DNA of 62,908 nucleotides, filler included, from Choristocarpus tenellus KU-1152 (GCA_964200185.2; 6 parts of 6 records of this genome joined end to end with filler, not necessarily neighbours in it), one strand, 5' to 3'; positions 47,245 through 58,624 are shown, numbered from the whole stretch's first letter. The notes: a model not told the origin generated them from the sequence alone. Translations and numbers: made by a program.

Positions 47245-48929
47245 AAAATGCAGACCTTTGGTCTCGTACTTTGGAAAGTACTGCATAGATCAATCCGATT
47301 ACTGCAGCACAAGAACTAAGGAGTGCAGTTGTTGTTGCAAAGTTTGGCTGAGTCCTGAACAGAAAAGATTATATCCGAAGTATGATAGGAGCTGAGAAAC
47401 GCTTTTTCAGTTCTTCTGGAAGTTACTCAGTGATAGGCACAGTCCCAGATAGGATTGAACAAGCGCAATACCTCTTCTCCAAAAAAAAGGTTTAAAGTAT
47501 CAAGTATGGGCTTGGGTTAGGACTTGAAGTACAGTAGAAGACGAAAGGATTTCGAATTGAGGAACTCTTGGACTGGTGCTAACAAGAGCGGTAAGGTGGA
47601 TTTTGGAGAGGGATTTATGGTGATGTTTCATGCATATATACTACTTCTCATATAAGGGAGATTACTGTCCTAAAGGGTGCTTGGGCTCAATTTCAAGGTC
47701 TCATGGATGTCAATATCACTACGTCTATCGCCATCTCTCACCACTGTAAACTAACTCACTCTGACCACTTGGTGACAGTGAAAAACATTCTTGTTCTGGC
47801 AAGCGGATACATGAGTGTGTGTGTGACACTAATGCTTGTTGTCTCAATGCAACTACTCTATCCCTTGACTGCATCACCTGTCTCTATCAGAAAGGAGAGA
47901 GTGACAACTGCACGAGGCACGATTGTGTTTTTTGTAGTTGCAGAGTCGATGGTCAACAGGTAAATGGCCAGGTGATCAGAGGAAGGCCAAGGATATCAGA
48001 CTGATATATCTGTAAAACGTTTTGATGACTTAATGGCAACTGTGATTGTCAATTCACCAGTCAACTGGGACAACTATTTATCCAATCTACGGCAAAGTAT
48101 AACACATATTCCAGAGTGAAGGCAATCGGGACAATTTCTTGTGGATGAATTCGTGTAACAAACAGCATACAACGCTTCCCTATTTTCACTTTTGTCATCT
48201 TACGGCTGTAACAGTCTTGATCTGTTTGCTGACCTTCTCACTTCTTTGCCATCAGATCACTGAGCTGACAACAGAGCGGGACAATCTTCGCAGGCGAGTC
48301 ACTGAAGCTCTGGACTTTGCTGAGGTAGGCCAAACACAAATTCCCTTAATATATTTGCCCAGTTGTGAAGGAAAGCATGTCAACATTTGGGGAAATATAT
48401 AATACAGCAGGTGGTCACAAAACCTATCTAGCAATGTCCTCCTTCTGGTGTCTTCACAAGTGGGCAGGGTAAGGTGCTCATAGAAGCACACTGCTCAAGT
48501 GAGTACCCACAAAAGGCAGTCCATGGGCCTTTTTCCTCCCTCTGAGTCTAAGGAATGCTTGTATGCATGGCATGCATTTTCGTTTCCAGCTTTCACCCCT
48601 GGGAAAATAAATACCTGTCGCCCTGTGAGGCGTAATCCATCTAAAAACATCATGAGGATTCACAAGGCAATCTATCCTATTTCTAGGAACATGGTCAAGG
48701 TCACAAAATGCGCCCTCTCTGTTTGCCATGTCTACATTGCATAATGGACATACACACAGACACACAAAATGTGCTTGCATATGAATCTACCCACTTGATA
48801 TCCCACGCCGCATTTCAATATTTAGGAATGTGTGGACCGTGTGGGTATGCTGAGGAAAGAAGTTGGCTCAACTGTATCGATGGAGGACCATGTGAGAGAT
48901 TTGAAAACATGATTGCAAAAGCAGAGTGA
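47245..48929 (+). pseudogene. Decayed multi-exon coiled-coil gene fragments
   Basis: Clean exon 48256-48324 (ITELTTERDNLRRRVTEALDFAE). The exon from 48826 reads ECVDRVGMLRKEVGSTVSMEDHVRDLKT*. The exon-like block from 47245 has several in-frame stops. Confidence 0.35.
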
Positions 48930-48998
48930 AGCTTGACTGAGGAAAGTGTAACTGCCCAGTAAAACTACAGTCCAACCCTAGAACTGAATTGAGGTAGA

Positions 48999-49259
48999 GA
49001 GCCGAAATAAATGAGAGGTGCCCAGGTTTGGCCGTTTTTCTTTTTATGCCTGTTTTTCGATCTTTTGCAATTCATCCATATTTCTATGGATGAAGCTCCA
49101 AGTTTGACTTGAGGGTGTTAATTTCTCTGTTGTTTGAAAATTTTCCGATACAGTTCAGAAAATATTCTGTACACATTTGAAAAAAAGAAACCAAATCTAG
49201 TACATATTTGTCAGCATCCTTGAAATGCAACTCTGGTTACCTCTCGTATACTTTGACTC
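48999..49259 (+). mobile_element. MITE family C, copy 2
   Basis: GAGCCGAAATAAATGAGAGGTGCCCAG...CTGGTTACCTCTCGTATACTTTGACTC with flanks AGA/GGA; collinear with 26976-27240. Confidence 0.82.
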
Positions 49260-49392
49260 GGAACGCATTACCAAATACCCTCTCATCCCAGGACATTCCC
49301 AAAGACTCCCTGCGATTCCCAACTCTTCCCTCGCCCCCCGCCCTTCCAAAAATATAACCTTTTATTTGCTTGCTCTCTGTACCTGATGTTGA

Positions 49393-49450
49393 GGGTCAAA
49401 GTGTCTGGGGGGGGGGGGGGGGGGGGGGCTGTTTTTTTCCCCCCACCCCC
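49393..49450. mobile_element. MITE family B, partial left end
   Basis: GGGTCAAAGTGTCTG followed by a long G run near the contig end. Confidence 0.6.
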
Positions 49451-49497
49451 TCACGGAGTCGTCCTCCACTGTCTGTGGGACAAGGTAGGAGCGTAGG

Positions 49498-49597
49498 NNN
49501 NNNNNNNNNNNNNNNNNNNNNNNNNNNNNNNNNNNNNNNNNTTAATTAATTAANNNNNNNNNNNNNNNNNNNNNNNNNNNNNNNNNNNNNNNNNNNN
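49498..49597. other. Artificial contig spacer
   Basis: N-run with TTAATTAATTAA. Confidence 0.98.
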
Positions 49598-49821
49598 TCT
49601 CTGACCCACTATATGAGTCTCTGACCCACTATATGAGTCTCTGACCCACTATATGAGTCTCTGACCCACTATATGAGTCTCTGACCCACTATATGAGTCT
49701 CTGACCCACTATATGAGTCTCTGAACCACTATATGAGTCTCTGACCCACTATATGAGTCTCTGACCCACTATATGAGTCTCTGACCCACTATATGAGTCT
49801 CTGACCCACTATATGAGTCTC
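49598..49821. repeat. 20-bp minisatellite (TCTCTGACCCACTATATGAG) x11, truncated by the contig start
   Basis: Head-to-tail copies with one variant (CTGAACCAC) and no spacers. Confidence 0.97.
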
Positions 49822-49900
49822 CAGTCCATCCAGGAATTCCTCTTTGCCTGTGTGTGTGACTAGACACCCGAAACTTTCCACCACAAAGGTGTATATATAC

Positions 49901-50172
49901 TATTTTGCCCACCGACATTTTGCAGATGTCATGGAGGGAATAAGAAGAAAACAGGGTAAAGAAGCAAACAAGCACAACAACATTGTATTTCTTACAGGAA
50001 AGTTCTTCAAATACACTTTGTGAATATCTGCAAAATGTCAATAAGGAATCCAAACAAAGGATTGTCTTGTGAGCAACAGATATCTGCTATTGTGTTTGTT
50101 ACTTTCCTTACCTTATGTTTTTCATTATTCCTTCCATGACAACATCCGCAAAATGTGATTGGGAACACAATA
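49901..50172. repeat. Imperfect long inverted repeat, degenerate fold-back element
   Basis: ACATTTTGCAGATGTCATGGAGGGAATAA..AAAACA..GGTAA pairs with TTACCTTATGTTTTT..TTATTCCTTCCATGACAACATCCGCAAAATGT. Confidence 0.75.
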
Positions 50173-52146
50173 AGACACATTATTCATTAACATCTGAAGT
50201 ATTGTATTGCTTTCTCCTGACAACCTTATCACCACAAAAAAAAGCCTGGGACCCCTCACACTAATGCAAAAACTAAAAATAAGAATTTCTTGTAATAATA
50301 ATATATATGGGTCAACTGGTGGTTTCTACTCTCAGACTAAGGTGAGACGTGAGGTAGTAGGAAGATATTAGTAGCTATAGTTACATTTAGTCTAAGGATT
50401 CAACCAACTCTACTTGTTGAATCGAAGCATATGAACAGCATGCAAGGTGAGGCGCACAAAGCATCTAGTGTGGTGGCGACAGTGAGGAAACACCAAGTGC
50501 CACAAGTTTCAAGTGAATTGAGCACATGTGTGTGGATGGCGAAGCCAATGAGCCAATAGGTCTTAATGCCCACCCTGACCACCCTTTGATTTTACAAATC
50601 AAACTGACAACACTTTCTATTGTATCTTATCACTGGGGAATGAACAAGACCAGAAAATATTAAATCTTAAACATGCTAAACGCTTGGACATGAATCTGTT
50701 TTTTTGCTGTGTTACCTGACCAATCTGCACAAGATTCCGACAAAAACCTTGAGTAGCAACATCACTACTTAGGTACACAGGGTCCCTCTACTAGCCACGC
50801 ACATCTGGGTCACAGTTTATAGAACCTCAATATAGTACACTATTACTGTAGAATATAATGAAAAACACTGCAGATGATGAGAAAAGACAAAGCGAGCACA
50901 CGTTTTGCACCTTGCTAAAAAACCCCATGAAATTGAGTACATACATACCTATCGCAATCATATGGATCAACCATAGGCAGCAATGTGTACAACAAGTCCA
51001 CCACAAGGTTGAGTATAATCAGATTAAAGAGACTTTTGGTTGTGTATCTTCAATATAGGTAGTATGGCTAGAGGTGTTTGGCACCCAAGGCGAGTTTCGT
51101 AAATCATAGAGCAGAACAAAGCCATCTCCAGAATTAGTTCCCGTAGAACCTTTCCACTGCTGTTGTGGGTGGACATGGGACTAATGTGACATACAAGAGT
51201 GTGTTTCTTCACTCTCCTGTTTTAAAAGTACCTCAAAAAGAAGCCAGGACTGGGTGGAGTGTTGTGGAACTTATGTCTGTGGTACTCCATTTTGACACCA
51301 GAACTATTACGTTAAAGAGACGACTAACACGCAAGAATCAACAATAGGTTGATGCCTGTGTACAGATAATAATTGTCTTGTCCAGGATGTCAGCACTGCT
51401 ATTCTTTTGAAGAGGGAAACCCTGGAAAAATAGTGTGTATGCTGTTACATACAGAACCCCATTTAGTACATACGACAAATGGCCAAGTAATTCAGTAAGG
51501 ATATGTAAAGGGTCGCATGTGAATCCACTTGTGCACATGCAAGTGGGTTCAGTGAACTTTCAACAGTCACTATACCACACACTCTACATCATATCCACCT
51601 GACCTAAAGGAAACTATTCCTCCAACATCCTCACATATTCTTGAAGGTGGTGGTGGTGGTGGTGGTGGTGGTGGCTCGCTGGTTCCCCTCAGCATTAGTC
51701 ATGAAGACACTCCTTGCATGTACACGTGCCTTAACGTGTATACAAAAAAATCATGCAGAATCTTGGACTGGGTTCAGGAGGACAGGAAGGGAGACTATGG
51801 TAAGAGTAAAGCATGTTCATATACCCCCTGAATTCTACCATGCAGCCAATAGATTTCCAATTATTTGTGTTTCCAAGGGGTGAGGGGGGGGGACATGATT
51901 GGTGAACATGTTCTATTGAGGTCATGACTTGGGTAGCATTGCTATTTCCTTGCACATTAGTGCATGTGAAGTAAATCATACAACAAAAAATGATAATGCC
52001 CTCATTCACAAAACGTAAGCCCTGGTTAAGGTTATCCTTTAGAAAAAATATGTTAGTCAACAAAGGGCATACTAATACTACACAGTAGGACTACTGCAGC
52101 TGTAAAAAAGTGGATTTCAGCCATGAGACACAGGGACCTACAGATA

Positions 52147-55100
52147 TCACAAGATGGCCCATTCCTCTTGCTGGTTCCGAAGACTTTGGTATATTTCTCC
52201 AACCCTCCTCATGAGAGATAGGGCTTCCCTCCTGCCAGACCCTGTCACCCCTTCTCTTTTCCTTGATATTGTCAATTCCTGAACCACATCGCCTGCTTCA
52301 GTTACAGCCTCCCCAATCAAGTGTAAACCCCGTGCTGACTTTGCAGCAGCATCAGCCCTCCTGAGCACCTCCTTGCCACCCCGCCTCCCTTTGCTTGCAG
52401 GAAAGCCCTCACTGCCCACCTCACTCATTGAGAGCGATAGTACCCTGTTCAGCAATGCCTCACGCACAAGTACTGCCATTACTTCATGCGAGCAGGACAC
52501 ATAGAGATCCACTGTCCGAAGCCCTGCTTCCCCCACCTCTATCTGAGCCCCAGCTTTTGACGATTCCCGTGCTCTCACCAGGGCAACCTGCCCTGCCACC
52601 CTCAAGGCAAATTCAGTGTACCCCCGTCCCCATGTCACACCTCCTGCAGTCTCCTCTACATCTCCTCTATGTTGGAGACCCTGAGCACCCCCACTTGCAT
52701 GTGCATTAGCTGCTTCTCCATCCTGGCTACCACGGGCAGCCCCGTTTTTTAATGCAGAAGCTTCCTGTCCCAAAATCAGAGGCAGTAATGAGTTGATTTG
52801 ACCAGTAAGGCAAGCCAGGCGTAGACATACAGTGCCCCAGGATGAAGAGAAAGGTCGTGCCAGTGCAGGATCATTCCCAAAGCCCTTCCCTGCCACTGCT
52901 CCTTCATGACGACTAAATGTGTCTCCAATGGTCATGTCAGGTCCACAGAAGCACTCTCCCCGCCCCAAGGCTGATGCCCTAACAGCAGCATCACTGCCTG
53001 GAAAAGGCATCACAGGGGAACCCCAATCAAGAAGGTCAAAGCGTTTGCTGCCAAGTTCTATACACAAGCCACTGGCTGCACTAAGCCCACCATCCTTGTG
53101 AAAATGTCTGCCATCATTAGGAGCATTCCTGTTGCTTGAAGAGTAGTCTTGGGCATCATTGCCAAAGCGCAGTTGAAGCCACAATTTCACTTCCACAGGT
53201 TGAGGGGAGGGGAGGGGGAACGATGAGGATGATGTCCACTCTTTCCCTCGTTGTAGTGCAGTTAGCGGGACTGGGGTGCACACTGACCATGCTTGACCCT
53301 CCCCTTCACCTGGTCGACCACGAGTTGACATGATGCTCATAGCAATACACCAACGTCCTTCACAACCAGACCATGAATGTGGGAGAGACCCTCGACCTCG
53401 GCCTCGGAGCCACAGTCCCACAGTAAGCCTCACCCGGATTTCTTGACCTACTCCATTGACAGGTAATCCCACACTGACCCTATTTAGAAATTCATTGTCA
53501 GCACTCATGGATATCTTGTGGCTGATACCCCCAGCCCTCACCCAGTCAAAGCTGTTTCCATGACCTTTCCTGCCAAGCCTCCAGCTGCCCTCCAGGCGAG
53601 ACCATAGGAGGGCAGGAAGGAGTTCTGAGGCGTCCTTGAGGGCCCGAATTTCACTGTCCCTTCTAAAAGATTCAGAGGAGAGGGCTGAACACTGATTGCC
53701 AATAGCAGACAGTCGCTGAAGCTGTCCCTTAACGCGGCGTTCAACCCCAGCACTACCCCCAACCCTCACTCCACCCTTGCCGGTATCCAAGGTCCACCCT
53801 TCAAGCTCTTCCATGGACCTGGGGGAACGGAAACCCCTAAGCTTCCCTCTTTTTGAAAGGATCAAAATCAGGGTGCTTGATGGGACTGCCATTGCTGTGT
53901 CTCCTACTGCTGCATCTGTCCCTCCATTGACCTTTGACCTCACTCTTGCGTCAGTAAGGTTGTTGACATTGGCAGCTACAGGAGGGGGGACAGACATACT
54001 TCCGGCTAAACAGCCTGAGCTTCTCCTTGAGAATTCATCTGGGTCCATGAATTGGATTGAAGTCACAGTTACAGTGTCACAAGGAAGTGGCAAGCGTATT
54101 GGGCACAAAGCTGCTCCCCAATTAGAAGTGATGCATCTACTACCCCCTTTCTCACTGTGCAATCTTTTGTCTTGAATTGCAGTACCAGTGGTAAGAGGGG
54201 TGGCAAACGTGGCTCCCATGTGACAGTGCACAAGAAATCCTGGAACAGAGCAAACAGAGTCGACGGCGAACGGGAGATTGACCCGTACCTCACGCAACAT
54301 ATCGGAGGGCATCCTTGCTGCTCTGAATGACCCTTCTGCTACAGTATCTATTTGATTTGCTTCCATCGATCGCTCGAGATTTGCTAAATGGATTTGCAAT
54401 ACTGCCCCTGCAACCCCTATCATCAGCAAGCCCATGGCACCACCCTCCAGACAGAGAAAGGGCAGGATGCTAATGATCGGCTGACCAAGGTTAGCAAGGG
54501 TTCCTCCCACAACACCTGGACACCGCCGAAGTGGGCTCCAGCGGACTATCCCGTCCGAGTCACCAACCAGGACCACTGCTGGCGGGGATACATCCCCCTC
54601 ACTAGTAGCCAGTGGAAAGGGTGCGGATAGTGCAAGGCCCACACCAAACATAGCACAGAATACCTCTCGAGGCAACGGAAAGCACTTTCCATCCCCATCT
54701 GCCAATCCAGCGAGGGCGTCATTATCGCTCATCCATACCACTGATACCATTGTCGGCGCCGCTCCATCTAGCCCTTCGAGCACATCGACTCTATCTCCCG
54801 CATGGTCCCCCAGCTTCACGTCGTCGGCTAGTGCATACAAAGCCGTGCGATCGAGTATCCCGGCAGCGGCTGCCCTCCATCCGGAAGACACGGCCACGCT
54901 CCTAACGCCAGGGTGCACACACACCTCCCAGCACTTCCTCGATGCACGAATCACAAGCCCTCCCCAGGAATCATGACAACCTCCTGAATCCCTCACGTCG
55001 CTGGTTGGGGTTGCTGACTGAGTAGATGGGTCGACCAAGGTGGGTGCCAAGTCATCGTAAATATCTACCATGTCGTCTCGCTTACGCCTACGTCCTCGGC

Positions 55101-55548
55101 ACCCTTCACTGTGCGAAGCAGCATCAGGTGCTGCAGCACGCCTATCCTTGCGACCTCGCTGCCCCTCGCCCATATCTTGATCACGAAAAATGTCTTTGAA
55201 AGGCAGAGCGTGCAGGCCCCCATCCCTACAGGCCACAACGCACAGCAGTCCTTGCCCTACGAACTTGGCCGGAAGCCCCGCAAAGTCTACCACTGGCGAT
55301 TCGAACTCGATCACACGGAGAAGACGGCGTCCCCGGAAGATATGCAGAATGCAAGGTTGAGCTCGAGCTCCAAATAACACATCAGTTAGAGGAGGATGAA
55401 CCTGGTGGGTTTCAGAAAATCTCTCGACACAGAATGCCCGGACCAAGGCTGGGGGCGTGACGGCAATCGTGGTATTCACCGCAAGGAGCGCCGAAAAGGG
55501 TTGAGTAGATTTCATATTTTCCTCTGAAGTCCCCACCATCATCAACAC
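52147..55548 (-). CDS. FAAP100: Fanconi anaemia core complex-associated protein 100-like, intronless (first ATG at 55542)
   Basis: Uninterrupted 1133-codon ORF with blocks collinear to recalled human FAAP100 from the N-terminal beta-propeller to the C-terminal YxxLR helix (see finding). Confidence 0.75.
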   Translation of the reverse strand: MLMMVGTSEENMKSTQPFSALLAVNTTIAVTPPALVRAFCVERFSETHQVHPPLTDVLFGARAQPCILHIFRGRRLLRVIEFESPVVDFAGLPAKFVGQGLLCVVACRDGGLHALPFKDIFRDQDMGEGQRGRKDRRAAAPDAASHSEGCRGRRRKRDDMVDIYDDLAPTLVDPSTQSATPTSDVRDSGGCHDSWGGLVIRASRKCWEVCVHPGVRSVAVSSGWRAAAAGILDRTALYALADDVKLGDHAGDRVDVLEGLDGAAPTMVSVVWMSDNDALAGLADGDGKCFPLPREVFCAMFGVGLALSAPFPLATSEGDVSPPAVVLVGDSDGIVRWSPLRRCPGVVGGTLANLGQPIISILPFLCLEGGAMGLLMIGVAGAVLQIHLANLERSMEANQIDTVAEGSFRAARMPSDMLREVRVNLPFAVDSVCSVPGFLVHCHMGATFATPLTTGTAIQDKRLHSEKGGSRCITSNWGAALCPIRLPLPCDTVTVTSIQFMDPDEFSRRSSGCLAGSMSVPPPVAANVNNLTDARVRSKVNGGTDAAVGDTAMAVPSSTLILILSKRGKLRGFRSPRSMEELEGWTLDTGKGGVRVGGSAGVERRVKGQLQRLSAIGNQCSALSSESFRRDSEIRALKDASELLPALLWSRLEGSWRLGRKGHGNSFDWVRAGGISHKISMSADNEFLNRVSVGLPVNGVGQEIRVRLTVGLWLRGRGRGSLPHSWSGCEGRWCIAMSIMSTRGRPGEGEGQAWSVCTPVPLTALQRGKEWTSSSSFPLPSPQPVEVKLWLQLRFGNDAQDYSSSNRNAPNDGRHFHKDGGLSAASGLCIELGSKRFDLLDWGSPVMPFPGSDAAVRASALGRGECFCGPDMTIGDTFSRHEGAVAGKGFGNDPALARPFSSSWGTVCLRLACLTGQINSLLPLILGQEASALKNGAARGSQDGEAANAHASGGAQGLQHRGDVEETAGGVTWGRGYTEFALRVAGQVALVRARESSKAGAQIEVGEAGLRTVDLYVSCSHEVMAVLVREALLNRVLSLSMSEVGSEGFPASKGRRGGKEVLRRADAAAKSARGLHLIGEAVTEAGDVVQELTISRKREGVTGSGRREALSLMRRVGEIYQSLRNQQEEWAIL

Positions 55549-56377
55549 AACTGTGGTTGTGGAAGAGACGGGGAGAAAAAAGGTTTGGGTTTGGTACTAT
55601 TTGACTACTACTACTACTATTGGTGTTACTACTAAGTGTTGAGTGTAGTAATCACATTGTATTTTCCACTATATCCAAATAAGTATTTTCCTATGTAACA
55701 TTATATTCATATACCATCAACCCTATCAATCCACTTGGCATTCTGACCTTCAAGGTGACCTGGCGACTCATCTTTCAGGTATGAGTGCATTACCAACGCA
55801 TTAGGTGTGAGGTGCAATCTACAGCCATGGTAGTCACTGACCCAAAGGAAATATGTTCTTGCCTTGGATATATATGGTGCTTTTATCCTGCTATAACGTT
55901 TTGATTACAACTACGAACCCCAGTGTTAAAAGCGTCGTTCGTACACTCCAGGAGCGTTTCCTACAATTTATGGCAAGGATAAGGATCAAAGAGCTATCAA
56001 TCAATACTGAGCCGCCACCACGACTACCTTTGGTGCTGGCTGGCATAGCACTTGTGCTATTGGTTGGCCATGCAAACATGATGCAAGTCTTTGGGTAACC
56101 ACTTTCGATGGCCCTATGCGAACCTTTGATAGCAGCCAGACTTTCGTGACTAAGGGTGGTCTAGCACAAGGTTTGCTGAAGCGACAGTTCCGTTACTTGT
56201 TGGGGCAAAGGAAGGGCCTGTTTGACGCTCAAGTGTACACTTGGAGGTGTTGCTTCATCTTAGAGAAGATTTGCACTTTTGTACCGTTCTTGCCTCTGAT
56301 GTAATCAATCCTCGAGCAAGTAACTTGTGTTTAGTGTGCAATGTCAAGGTGTATGTTGTGTGGTCGTCACTATCATC

Positions 56378-56590
56378 GACCCAAAGTATCTGGGGGGGNN
56401 NNNNNNNNCGCATATGTGGTGGGGGGGGGGGGGGGGGGGTCTACACTAGGGTGTCCATTTGGGGCAGAATCAGGAAAAATGCATTTACATTATCCATCCG
56501 ACGTATACAACCAAATCGCCCAAAAATCCACGACATGAAAAATTGACCCCGAATGGGCAGCCATCACCCACCCCCCCAATACTTTGAGTC
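56378..56590. mobile_element. MITE family B copy with an internal N gap
   Basis: GACCCAAAGTATCTGGGG...CCCCAATACTTTGAGTC; reverse-complement similar to 57091-57271. Confidence 0.85.
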
Positions 56591-57090
56591 ATTTCTTGAT
56601 ATTATCCTTTTGACTTTTGGCTGGAATGGATTGCTTTGAAATAAGGGTATAATTAGAAGATTTCTAGCAGAAATTTATGTGAAAACAACACCCATGAGTC
56701 AAAACCATATTCATTCATCCTCATCAACCCTAGTTTCCCTTCTCCCTGGCTAGGGTAAGTCTGTAGTGGAGGGCTACATGGAATTGGGCGGAAAATAGGG
56801 AAGCATTTTTTCTTGGTGTATGTAGCCCCAGTTGATTATCAAAGTTTCTCATATTTGCCAACTATGAACAGATAGCTTCACATGGTTTTCAGCAATTAAG
56901 AGAGCAAGTCGAATAATAGCTATATGTTGCCCTCCTTGTTGATGCAGACAATGCACATCACGGACACATTTGTGCCATCCCAAATGATCAACTTCAAAAT
57001 ATTTAGATATGTTAGAATTCCAAATCTTTCCTTCATTGTGCACTATTCCAAATAGCAACCCTCCCTGCTCTCACTGTTGACCATACTTGT

Positions 57091-57271
57091 GGCCAAAAGT
57101 ATCTGGGGGGGGTGGCGACTGTCCATTTATTTGGGGCCAATTTTTTCATGTCGCGAATTTGGGGCGATTTGGTTGCATACGTCGGATGGGAAATGTAAGT
57201 ACACCTTTGCTGGTTACATCCCAAATGGAAACCCTGGTGTAGACCCCCCCCCCTCCTCAGATACTTGGATC
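57091..57271. mobile_element. MITE family B copy
   Basis: GGCCAAAAGTATCTGGGG...CAGATACTTGGATC with TGT duplicated on both sides. Confidence 0.87.
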
Positions 57272-58379
57272 TGTGACGCTTTTTTGCTGTCTAGTGATAA
57301 GTTGAGGGGGCAATAGTCTGCAAGGCTTCAGGATCAATTTTCTTATCGCAGTAGTGTAGGTTGATCTGGTCCCTTTGACTCTCAGGGAGAACACCATTTC
57401 TGGAGAATACTTTTGGGGTTATTTGGATCTCATTACTTGCAAGCCTTACTGGGTTGTTGGCTCGTGATACTTACTCGTGTGGGGGAGGCAAAAAAATGTG
57501 TTCCTCGGAATTTCAAGGTGTGTGCTCCACTGATGTGAAGGAGTACACTCGACTCATATCGGCAAGTGTGTGACCCACTGAAATTCTGCAACACCATGTG
57601 CTCAACCAATGGGTTTATGTGCCACCAACCCTATAAGACTGAGAGCTTACAGTTACCACATGAATAGAAGTACAAGGTCCCTACCCTTGCAACAAGACAC
57701 ACTTATTTCACCCCCACTAATAGCAGTGTTACCACATCCTTTGTACACACTGGAGAGACCTCAAACCTGTCCACTTCTCTCCCATGCAAGCATAGGAGAC
57801 AATGCTGGGATGATTTTGTATTGTTTCACTACATCACAGTGTGACTACGTCTAGAAATAGGCTTACCTGAAATGAAATAACACCTGTGGTAGAAGGGTCT
57901 AGGGTTTACCTTGGAGATACATCAACTATCTGTATTTTGATGTTATAGTATACTGTATTAGGGCAACAAAGAGAGAGGCGTGGGCATGCCTTCTGTTTCA
58001 TAAAGTTCAATTTCTAGAGATGACTTATGTGCAAAGGAATAAAAAGAAAAAATGCAAGGATTACATTATAGGACGTACTCTACTTGTTGTGAACGTAGCT
58101 TTGGACCTGCTCTCAATTTGTGTTACTCAGTCCCTAAGTTTATTTTGTTGATTTCATCAACTTGAGGGTCAGATAAAGTGAAAGCACAAATAACAGCAGT
58201 CGTGCATTGCCATTTCAATAGCGCTTGGAAGACTGATGGGAACTGATTATTCATGTGGCACAATTAAAGATCCATATAGTCAGTGTAACCACTAAACCTG
58301 GTATGGGTGCCCTTGCATTTCTCTTAGGGAGAGTACTACCTGAATCATATATTCATCTGGTGTCAAGTACACAAGCTAT

Positions 58380-58624
58380 GGCTCAAATTATCTGTGGGGA
58401 GGGGGGAGGGATCTACACCAGGGTGTCCAATTGCGTCCTGACCAGGAGAGTGAACTTGCATTATGACTCAAAGTATCTGGGGGTGTGTGTGGCGACTGTC
58501 CATTCGGGGCCCAGTTTTCCATTTCGCGATTTTTGGGTGATTTGATCGCATGCGTCGGATGGATAATGTAAGTACACTTCTCCTGGTTAGGGCCTGAATG
58601 GACATGCTGGTGTAGAGCGCTCCC
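58380..58624. mobile_element. Two nested MITE family B copies in opposite orientation
   Basis: The host copy starts GGCTCAAATTATCTG at 58380 and is interrupted at 58465 by GACTCAAAGTATCTGGGG, which runs to the contig end. Confidence 0.8.

Noticed and set aside
49598-49821. CRISPR-like regular repeat
   Set aside because: Units are head-to-tail with no unique spacers, there are no cas genes, and the context is eukaryotic.
51050-51200. WD40-like GDGFVLLYDLRNS on the minus strand
   Set aside because: A single short motif with no supporting exons that I could link.
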